Assembly (NCBI RefSeq): GCF_000009965.1 | Contig: NC_006624.1 | Coordinates: 540,001-572,000, forward strand | Length of the DNA stretch: 32,000 nucleotides | Origin: Thermococcus kodakarensis KOD1 | Lineage (GTDB): Archaea > Methanobacteriota_B > Thermococci > Thermococcales > Thermococcaceae | Direction: 5' to 3' | Part shown: positions 25,416 through 32,000 of the stretch, in pieces | Layout of the letters: each line of letters begins with the position of its first letter | Numbering within the stretch: position 1 is the stretch's first letter | Translations under genes and position numbers: made by a program | The notes under the pieces: generated by a model | Seen by the model: the letters and a program-made list of their open reading frames with translations, nothing else | Told to the model about the DNA's origin: nothing | Databases searched by the model: none

Positions 25416-27548
25416 ATGAAGAAAGTATTTGCCGCAATAATAATTCTGGCAATACTGGGAATTAATGCAACCCTTGCCGCGCCCGTTGAGAACGGCACTG
25501 TGTACATAAGCGAGAACGTAAAGGTCCAGATACACCCGAACGAGGAACTTCTTGGAATAGTCTACTACCTGGCCTTCGGCAACGACACCTTTGTTATAGA
25601 CAGGGGGGACTATATAGACGAAGTGGAAGCCCATTTCGGGAAATACAGGAACTCAACGGCTGTGATTCTCCTTAGGGACTACCTCTCACGTTCTAATAGA
25701 TTTACATGGAAGGACACGTACTTAGCCCGAATTGAGATGCTGCTCGTACGCTGTTCAGAGCCCCCGGAGCTTAAGATACCCGAATATTTAGAAGAGTATT
25801 ATTCTGAAGAGGGTGTACCAGAGTATTACCGCGAGTATTTCAACTGGTTTAAGAACGAATTCCTGCCGGCCCTGAGAGAGTTTGCCAACGAAACCGACTT
25901 CATGGAGTTTTACAGGACTCATCAGGATTACTACATGGAAGACCTAAGGCTCTACGGAGGAGCTCTTTCACTCATTCCGCCCGACGAGTTTATGGAGGAG
26001 CACGCCGGTGTCTCCAACGTCACGTACGTCTTCTTCCACCCGTATCTGGTTGCCATCCATGGCCACAGCCTGACAACCACGGAAAACAACAGGACGGCAT
26101 GGGGGGCTGCGGGATTCCTTCCGCTCGTGAGGAGGGACCCTCAGAGGACGGTGTGGAGCTACAAAACCGCCCGCGACACCATGATGGGACTCCCCCTCAA
26201 CAGGGACCTCATAAACAGCACCGGCCTCGACGAACTGCTCTATCTGAACTTCATCTACCACGAGCTGGGACACGACGTCACTATTCCTGTACTGAACACC
26301 CTGGACCTGTATACCTACTCTTACGTGATAGACGCCGCGAGGGACGATATGCCTTACCTCACCACCTACGACGGTCACTATGTCGGCCTTACTATGATCT
26401 ACGAGGGCTTTGCGGATGCTTGGGCAGATTACGCCATAAGCCACGTCAACCACAACTACACCCTCCTTGCGATGCAGATGCAGAAGGCGTGGGGAGAGTT
26501 CTGGGTCGAATGGCTTTACAACGAGATTCAGAGCTGTGCTCTCGACGTTAAAAGCGGGGAGCTCAAAAACATCTCCCTCTGCGTTCCCCGCGCGCTGGAG
26601 TCCCTTGAGAAGTTCGCGTCCCCCGAAAACGTCACCAAGGTATACAACCTTGAGGTGCCGGTTACCCCCGTAAGGGCCCTCGATAAAGGATGGTTTGGTA
26701 ACAGAGTCGTTGTAATCTATGGAACGGCCAACCTAAGCCCAACTGAAAGTAGAAACATCAAAAGCTTCGCCGATGAGGTTGCAGAAATCCTGAGGAAATT
26801 CTACAGAAGAAACGGCGGAATAGACGACGTTGTAGTCAAAGCCGACGTGAACGTTACCCCTTCGGATTTAAGTTCCCACCTTGTACTAATCGGAACCCCC
26901 TCGACCAACAGGATCGTTGACATCTTCGACGACTACTTCCCGATTCGGCTTGAGAGGGCCGGCGAGGGATGGAGAGTAATCCGCGAGAACAACGTCACCA
27001 GTTTCCTCCTCCTTGACGAGGAAAGCCCCCTCAGGGCAGTCTACGGCAATACCTCCGTCGCGGCTGGTGGGTTCCAGACGGTCGACAAAGCGGCCCTTTT
27101 GATGGCGTCCGTAAACCCATACAACACGTACTATTACGTGGTCTGGATCGCGGGAACGGACGAAAACATGACTAAGTTGTTCAAAAACCCCACCTACTAC
27201 CTGAGCAGCTACGAGATATGGACGCCCGGGGCCATTGAGGTCGGGTTCTACAACAAACCCCTCGCGGAGAGGCTCAGCGAGTCGTTCAACGCAACCCTTC
27301 TATTAAGCCCGCAGACGACCACAACGACCACAACAACCGTCAGGACTGACACTACCACAGTGCCCGAAACAACCACTACGTCCGTCGATTCCTCAACCAC
27401 AACAACTCCCACGACCTCGCCATCTAAAAGTCAAACAACGAGCCCGGTAGAGACTTCAAGAACTACCGCGACGGACAAAAACATGTGCGGACCAGCGGCT
27501 CTCGTTGGCCTAGCAATAATACCGCTTCTCATCAGAAGGAGAAGGTAA
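25416..27548 (+). CDS. Large secreted glycoprotein with an HExxH zinc-metalloprotease motif, a Thr/Ser/Pro-rich stalk and a CGP-CTERM-type membrane anchor
   Basis: Signal peptide MKKVFAAIIILAILGINATLA. HELGH at nt 26259-26273. More than a dozen N-x-S/T sequons. Thr-rich linker at nt 27306-27485. C-terminus CGPAALVGLAIIPLLIRRRR, with CGP at 27486-27494. Confidence 0.8.
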   Translation: MKKVFAAIIILAILGINATLAAPVENGTVYISENVKVQIHPNEELLGIVYYLAFGNDTFVIDRGDYIDEVEAHFGKYRNSTAVILLRDYLSRSNRFTWKDTYLARIEMLLVRCSEPPELKIPEYLEEYYSEEGVPEYYREYFNWFKNEFLPALREFANETDFMEFYRTHQDYYMEDLRLYGGALSLIPPDEFMEEHAGVSNVTYVFFHPYLVAIHGHSLTTTENNRTAWGAAGFLPLVRRDPQRTVWSYKTARDTMMGLPLNRDLINSTGLDELLYLNFIYHELGHDVTIPVLNTLDLYTYSYVIDAARDDMPYLTTYDGHYVGLTMIYEGFADAWADYAISHVNHNYTLLAMQMQKAWGEFWVEWLYNEIQSCALDVKSGELKNISLCVPRALESLEKFASPENVTKVYNLEVPVTPVRALDKGWFGNRVVVIYGTANLSPTESRNIKSFADEVAEILRKFYRRNGGIDDVVVKADVNVTPSDLSSHLVLIGTPSTNRIVDIFDDYFPIRLERAGEGWRVIRENNVTSFLLLDEESPLRAVYGNTSVAAGGFQTVDKAALLMASVNPYNTYYYVVWIAGTDENMTKLFKNPTYYLSSYEIWTPGAIEVGFYNKPLAERLSESFNATLLLSPQTTTTTTTTVRTDTTTVPETTTTSVDSSTTTTPTTSPSKSQTTSPVETSRTTATDKNMCGPAALVGLAIIPLLIRRRR

Positions 27549-27562
27549 AGAAGTGGAAAAGT

Positions 27563-27859
27563 TCATTCCTTCTCTTTTTTTCCGTTTCCGTTGCTCTTGA
27601 TGTGCGGCTTGCCGATGGCTATCGTGAATCCCTTGAAGCTGTCGTCCTTCCTGTGGAACTCTATCGCCAGGGGAAGGTCGTTGTCCTCGTTGAAGACTAT
27701 CCTCACGATCCTAGCGCGGGAGTGGTCGTTGAGGTAGGTCTCCTTGAGCTCCTCGTAGTTCTCTATTACCTCGTCGATGCTCTCGCTGTGCATTTCGTAT
27801 ATCTCGCGGGAGTAGACGCTGTGGTTCTTGATCTCCTCAACCTTCTTCTCCCTGTCCAA
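27563..27859 (-). CDS. Small hypothetical protein (98 aa), apparently co-transcribed with the phosphoribosyltransferase gene
   Basis: Its ATG lies 12 nt downstream of the PRTase stop on the same strand. Composition is charged and protein-like; I recognise no motif. Confidence 0.55.
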   Translation of the reverse strand: MDREKKVEEIKNHSVYSREIYEMHSESIDEVIENYEELKETYLNDHSRARIVRIVFNEDNDLPLAIEFHRKDDSFKGFTIAIGKPHIKSNGNGKKEKE

Positions 27860-27871
27860 GCTACCACTCCC

Positions 27872-28519
27872 TCAGGCTTTGAGCCACTTCCCTTCCCTGA
27901 ACTTAAAAACCTTCCTCATTTCAGCCATCCTGAGGGCCTCTTCGAGCTTGCCCTTCGGGACTTCGAGACCGTGGAGCTCCTTGAAGAGCTCGATTATCTC
28001 GTCGGTGCTTACCGCTTCCTTTTCCTCAAGAATGTTGCTCACGAGGTTTATCATATCCTCGACGAAGTTCCACGGGAAGACTATCCAGGCCCAGTCTATC
28101 TCCTCTCCGTAGTACTCGGGCTTGAAGCGGGAGCCTCTGATCGTCAGGAGTGTTGCAGTCCTGACTTCCGCAGGGCTCTTGCTCTCGACGTAGTTTTTGG
28201 CCAGCGTCAGGCTCTCACCAGTATCGCTGATGTCGTCGACGATGAGAACCTTTTTCCCGCTGAGGTCGTAGTTCGTGCCGTACTTGAGCTTGGCCTTGCC
28301 GTCCGGAGTAGCGGTTACTCCCCAGTGCTCCACCTTGAGGCTTACAAGGTCTTTGATTCCCAGGTAGTCGCAGTAGAGTCTCGCCGCGACCCAGCCGCCC
28401 CTGGCGAGACCAACCACCACATCTGGCTTCCAGCCTTCTTCCAGAATCTTCCAGGCGCCTTCCTTCGCCCACCTTTCAATGTCTTCCCAAGAAGCGAGCC
28501 TTGCAGGAAACTTCTTCAT
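27872..28519 (-). CDS. Purine (hypoxanthine/xanthine-guanine-type) phosphoribosyltransferase with a C-terminal extension
   Basis: PRPP-binding motif KKVLIVDDISDTGESL and the type I PRTase core (VVGLARGGWVAARL). About 60 extra C-terminal residues. Confidence 0.8.
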   Translation of the reverse strand: MKKFPARLASWEDIERWAKEGAWKILEEGWKPDVVVGLARGGWVAARLYCDYLGIKDLVSLKVEHWGVTATPDGKAKLKYGTNYDLSGKKVLIVDDISDTGESLTLAKNYVESKSPAEVRTATLLTIRGSRFKPEYYGEEIDWAWIVFPWNFVEDMINLVSNILEEKEAVSTDEIIELFKELHGLEVPKGKLEEALRMAEMRKVFKFREGKWLKA

Positions 28520-28738
28520 TGGATTTCCCTTAACGGGGCGAGGTGAATGTTATATTTAAGGTTTTTGGATAACGTGAATTGCCATGGATGTGACTATTGT
28601 GTTCTGGGGCTCTAATGGAGGGTGTTGTTTGGCTGGGTTTTGAACAGTCGCCGATTTTCCTATCGTCAAAACGAGAAGAGAAACGTTTTAACTGCTTTTA
28701 CAGACGTAAAACTGTGAATGTCATCAGAGGTGATAAAA

Positions 28739-30136
28739 ATGGCTGACCCCAAGATAGAGGCACTGTTCAGGCCCAAGAGCGTAGCAGTTATAGGCGCTTC
28801 TGGAAAGCCTGGGAAGATAGGATACGCAATTATGAAGAACCTCGTCGATTACGGATACGAAGGAAAGATATACGCCGTCAACGTTAAGGGCGGCGAAATT
28901 GAGATCAGCGGAAGGAAGTTCCCGGTCTACAAGAGCATTCTCGATGTTCCCGACGAGGTTGATATGGCCGTCATCGTTGTCCCTGCCAAGTTCGTTCCGC
29001 AGGTCGTTGAGGAGTGCGGCCAGAAGGGCGTTAAAGTTCTCCCGATCATAAGTTCGGGCTTCGGTGAGCTCGGTGAGGAGGGCAAGAAGGTTGAGCAGCA
29101 GCTCGTCGAAACTGCCCACAAGTACGGCATGAGAATTCTCGGCCCGAACATCTTCGGTGTCGTTTACACCCCCGAGAAGCTCAACGCAACCTTCGGTCCG
29201 ACCGACGTTCTCCCAGGCCCGCTTGCCCTCATCAGCCAGAGCGGTGCCCTTGGAATAGCCCTTATGGGCTGGACAATCCTTGAGAAAGTCGGTCTCTCCG
29301 CTGTAGTTAGCGTTGGAAACAAGAGCGACATCGACGACGCTGACCTCCTCGAGTACTTCAAGGAGGATGAGAACACAAGGGCAATCCTCATCTACATGGA
29401 GGGCGTTAAGGACGGAAGGCGCTTCATGGAAGTGGCCAAGGACGTCAGCATGGTCAAGCCAATAGTCGTCATCAAGGCAGGAAGGAGCGAGCGCGGTGCT
29501 AAAGCAGCCGCTTCCCACACTGGTTCACTCGCCGGTAGCGATAAGGTCTTTGACGCCGCCTTCAAGCAGAGCGGAGTCATAAGAGCCTACACCATCGGCG
29601 AGGCCTTCGACTACGCGAGAACCCTCAGCAACCTGCCCGAGCCCGAGGGAGAGAACCTCGTCATCCTCACCAACGGCGGTGGAATAGGCGTTATGGCTAC
29701 CGACGCGGCAGAGGAAGCCGGTCTGCACCTCTACGACAACCTCGAGGACCTCAAGGTCTTCGCCAACCACATGCCGCCGTTCGGCTCCTACAAGAACCCG
29801 GTTGACCTCACAGGTATGGCCGGTGCCGAGAGCTACGAAGGTGCTATAAGGGACGCCCTCGCCAACCCGAACATGCACAGCATAGCGGTTCTCTACTGCC
29901 AGACCGCCGTCCTCGACCCGAGGGATCTGGCTGACATAGTCATCCGCGAGTACAACGAGAGCGGCAGGAAGAAGCCGCTCGTGGTTGCCATCGTCGGCGG
30001 TATAGAGGCCAAGGAAGCCATCGACAGGCTCAACGAGGAAGGAATACCGGCCTACCCAGAGCCGGAGAGGGCAATAAAGGCCCTCGCAGCGCTCTACCGC
30101 TGGAGCAGGTGGAAGAAGAAGCAGAAGAAGGAGTGA
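28739..30136 (+). CDS. acdA: ADP-forming acetyl-CoA synthetase (NDP-forming acyl-CoA synthetase) alpha subunit
   Basis: ATG 28739 lies 4 nt after GAGGTGAT. CoA-binding motif KSVAVIGASGKPGKIG, SQSGALG, and the phosphohistidine loop AASHTGSLAGS. Confidence 0.88.
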   Translation: MADPKIEALFRPKSVAVIGASGKPGKIGYAIMKNLVDYGYEGKIYAVNVKGGEIEISGRKFPVYKSILDVPDEVDMAVIVVPAKFVPQVVEECGQKGVKVLPIISSGFGELGEEGKKVEQQLVETAHKYGMRILGPNIFGVVYTPEKLNATFGPTDVLPGPLALISQSGALGIALMGWTILEKVGLSAVVSVGNKSDIDDADLLEYFKEDENTRAILIYMEGVKDGRRFMEVAKDVSMVKPIVVIKAGRSERGAKAAASHTGSLAGSDKVFDAAFKQSGVIRAYTIGEAFDYARTLSNLPEPEGENLVILTNGGGIGVMATDAAEEAGLHLYDNLEDLKVFANHMPPFGSYKNPVDLTGMAGAESYEGAIRDALANPNMHSIAVLYCQTAVLDPRDLADIVIREYNESGRKKPLVVAIVGGIEAKEAIDRLNEEGIPAYPEPERAIKALAALYRWSRWKKKQKKE

Positions 30137-30140
30137 TCTC

Positions 30141-30158
30141 CTTCCCATTCATTTTTTG
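30141..30158 (+). terminator. Oligo-T terminator candidate after acdA
   Basis: CTTCCCATTCATTTTTTG lies directly after the stop codon, in a convergent gene pair. Confidence 0.4.
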
Positions 30159-30178
30159 GTCTTGAGACACCACACGTA

Positions 30179-30736
30179 TCACTCGTAGACGAGTTTTAGA
30201 TTTTTGGTTGTGTTCAGTAACTCATCAGCAAGTTCCTCCGGGATATCTCGCGGATCACCGTATTTCCCAATCTTTCTTGCTATGCGAGAAATCTCCCTAA
30301 AGGTTTCAATATTCGTCCGGATAGTCTCGGTCCTATTGACTCCCCTCTTGGAGCGTATGTCAATAAAGAATCTTTCAAGGTTCCCGAAGGCCCTTCCAAT
30401 CTTGTAATACTTGAAATACCCCTCGTATAACTCATAGCTTAAGAAGATGAAAACCCTCTCAACATGCCTAGCCATAAGGTAATAAGCACCCGCGTATTCG
30501 ACTATCTCATCTTCCGAAGCATTTTTCTCAAGGAGATCCTCAAAGGCTCTATCCATGTAACCAAACTCAAAGATATCCTCGGCTACTGTCAAGTACACCC
30601 TACCCCAGCTCTCCTCACGAACCGTTCTGGAGAGTTTCAGGTCTTCCTCAGCTTTGTGCCACGAGTACGTGGTGAAGAGGGCAACCAAAACCAACGCACC
30701 AATTGCCAGAGCACATAGTCTCTTCAATGAACTCAC
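30179..30736 (-). CDS. Hypothetical protein with an N-terminal membrane anchor (185 aa)
   Basis: TM/signal-anchor segment LCALAIGALVLVALFTTY. The rest is helical and Tyr/Glu-rich. The region is visibly more A/T-rich than its neighbours. Confidence 0.55.
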   Translation of the reverse strand: MSSLKRLCALAIGALVLVALFTTYSWHKAEEDLKLSRTVREESWGRVYLTVAEDIFEFGYMDRAFEDLLEKNASEDEIVEYAGAYYLMARHVERVFIFLSYELYEGYFKYYKIGRAFGNLERFFIDIRSKRGVNRTETIRTNIETFREISRIARKIGKYGDPRDIPEELADELLNTTKNLKLVYE

Positions 30737-31037
30737 CTAATAACATATAGGCTCAAATGCTTATTAATGTTTCAGACATTGTGGTATGGTCATGTTCCCA
30801 GATCCCCAAAGATTTCAGAGGCTTCAAAATTCATACAACTATGGCTATACACGGAGGAAACGAAACCTATGAACCATACGGGAAACATTCGACGGGAAGA
30901 GCTTGTGTTCAGCATAATCCCGCTCTGGATGTTCGTTTACGGCCTCATCAATGCACCACTCTAGTTGTAATAGCTCCACTTCCATGGTCTCGAGATAACA
31001 TATAAATTCCAATAGCATCACTTAAAACGGTGATACC

Positions 31038-31745
31038 ATGCTCATCGCCCTAATCTCAGACATCCACTCCAACTGGGAGGCCCTTCAGGCGGTGTGGAAA
31101 GAGGTAAAGCACGCTGATACGATACTCTGTATGGGGGATCTCGTCGGCTATGGGGCGAGTCCAAACGAGGTCGTTGAGTTCGTCAGAAAGCAGATGGGGA
31201 AGAGGACTTTTCTCTGCGTCCGGGGCAACCACGACAACGCGGTGGCATTTGGGGCGGACTGGGGGTTCAATCCCTACGCGAGGGAAGCGGTTAGATGGCA
31301 CCAGTGGGTTATGAAGAGCGAGAACATAGAGTTCCTCAGAAGACTTCCAGTGAGGCAGCTTTTTACCGACGATGCTGGCAGGACTTATCTACTCATTCAC
31401 GGCTCCCCGAGGGCACCTCTGGATGAGTACCTCTTCCCATGGCTTCCAGAGAGCGAGTTCAGGGCTGTTCTTACCTACATCAGGCAGGACGACCTTCTGG
31501 TGGGTCACACTCACATTCCGATGCTCAAAGTCATAGAAGGACGAAGAATAATTAACCCAGGCTCCGTAGGCCAGCCGAGGGACGGGGACTGGCGGGCAAG
31601 CTACGCCATCATAGACACAAGCGAAGAACCCCCAGAGAACGTGGAGTTCCACAGGGTGGAATACGATGTGGAAGAAGCGGCAAGAAAAATAATCGAAGAG
31701 GGCCTTCCAAGGTTCCTGGCAAATAGGCTGTTTGAGGGCCTTTAA
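31038..31745 (+). CDS. Calcineurin-like metallophosphoesterase (YfcE/MJ0936 type)
   Basis: Motifs DIHSN, GDLVGYG, GNHD, HGSP and GHTH in canonical order. GGTGAT SD 3 nt upstream. Confidence 0.88.
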   Translation: MLIALISDIHSNWEALQAVWKEVKHADTILCMGDLVGYGASPNEVVEFVRKQMGKRTFLCVRGNHDNAVAFGADWGFNPYAREAVRWHQWVMKSENIEFLRRLPVRQLFTDDAGRTYLLIHGSPRAPLDEYLFPWLPESEFRAVLTYIRQDDLLVGHTHIPMLKVIEGRRIINPGSVGQPRDGDWRASYAIIDTSEEPPENVEFHRVEYDVEEAARKIIEEGLPRFLANRLFEGL

Positions 31746-32000
31746 CCCTTTCTTTGAAGGCCGCCGCCAAGCCTCTTCTCCCGTGCAGTTGCAGTCACGC
31801 TTGGAAGGTGCTTGAGCTTTGACTTAACGGCCAGTTTGCTGGAGTCTATTATTATGACTTCACCAATGCTCTTCACTGCACTGATTGGGATCAGAAGGAG
31901 TCCTTCCTGGTCCGTGACAAACTCGCTGACGTCGAGATCCTCGTCGGGCTCTGCAACGATGACGAGTATTTCCCCTGTCTCCTCATCGAAGCTCAGGTCG
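31742..32000 (-). CDS. C-terminal part of a gene continuing beyond the window, possibly a PRC-barrel-like protein
   Basis: The minus-strand frame is open to the window edge and reads ...DLSFDEETGEILVIVAEPD...LLLIPISAVKSIGEVIIIDSSKL...GGGLQRKG-stop. The stop overlaps the convergent stop in TTAA (31742-31745). It is absent from the ORF track because no start lies inside the window. Confidence 0.45.
   Translation of the reverse strand, partial: DLSFDEETGEILVIVAEPDEDLDVSEFVTDQEGLLLIPISAVKSIGEVIIIDSSKLAVKSKLKHLPSVTATAREKRLGGGLQRKG

Noticed and set aside
27306-27485. A repetitive ACN/ACC-rich stretch that could be mistaken for a tandem repeat or array.
   Set aside because: It is an in-frame Thr/Ser/Pro-rich linker of the surface protein. 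It is low-complexity coding sequence with no repeat-spacer periodicity.
28739-30136. The acetyl-CoA synthetase alpha subunit gene has no adjacent beta subunit gene.
   Set aside because: In Pyrococcus and Thermococcus the alpha and beta subunit genes of the ADP-forming acyl-CoA synthetases are known to be unlinked, so this is the expected arrangement.
30909-30951. A minus-strand TTGATGA ... CTGA pair that looks like C and D boxes.
   Set aside because: Only 32 nt separate the boxes, too short for the 12-nt/12-nt dual-guide layout. There are no internal D'/C' boxes, the C box lacks the 5' purine, and there is no terminal stem.
31015-31036. Inverted repeat ATCAC-N8-GTGAT between the TATA box and the start of the metallophosphoesterase gene, reminiscent of the Thermococcales glycolytic motif TATCAC-N5-GTGATA.
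   Set aside because: The spacer length is wrong for that motif. The GTGAT half is simply the GGTGAT Shine-Dalgarno sequence, which recurs before many genes in this window. With only a 5-bp arm it may well be chance.
31258-31280. GGGGGTTCAATCCC, which resembles a tRNA T-arm.
   Set aside because: The stem halves are not complementary (GGGGG versus CCCTA), and no acceptor or anticodon arms surround it. It lies inside the metallophosphoesterase coding sequence.

Overview
The window is a gene-dense chromosomal segment that looks like a Thermococcales (Thermococcus-like) archaeon. Supporting signs are GGTGAT/GGAGG ribosome-binding sites, BRE/TATA promoters, an ADP-forming acetyl-CoA synthetase alpha subunit, the pcc1-pfdB pair and a CGP-CTERM surface protein. 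Gene order: the 3' part of a chemotaxis operon (cheA, two cheC, an MCP, cheD, a membrane coiled-coil protein, a CheF-like protein) runs directly into pcc1. Next come pfdB, a small acidic protein, a DHH phosphoesterase and a Zn-ribbon protein. An A/T-richer islet with an orphan secreted protein follows, then a helical-repeat protein, a tRNA-binding-domain protein, a rubrerythrin-like protein, a Gfo/Idh/MocA oxidoreductase and a ZIP transporter. After ftsY there is an IS607-family insertion (serine-recombinase tnpA plus tnpB), then a BMP-family ABC transporter operon and a TroA/ZnuA-like binding protein. The window ends with a large glycosylated HExxH surface protein, a phosphoribosyltransferase, acdA and a metallophosphoesterase. 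No tRNA, rRNA or CRISPR array was seen. Most notable observations: (1) the BMP substrate-binding lipoprotein appears circularly permuted relative to canonical PnrA/NupN proteins. (2) The IS607-type element sits about 14 nt from the ftsY core promoter, and a nested hairpin at the tnpB 3' end fits an omega-RNA scaffold whose guide would read into that promoter. (3) A well-formed C/D box sRNA candidate overlaps the stop codon of a hypothetical gene. (4) Two genes are broken at simple repeats: cheA at (GA)6 and the secreted-protein gene at T7. (5) The surface metalloprotease-like protein carries a CGP-CTERM tail. All calls come from reading the sequence and the ORF translations; no database search was run.
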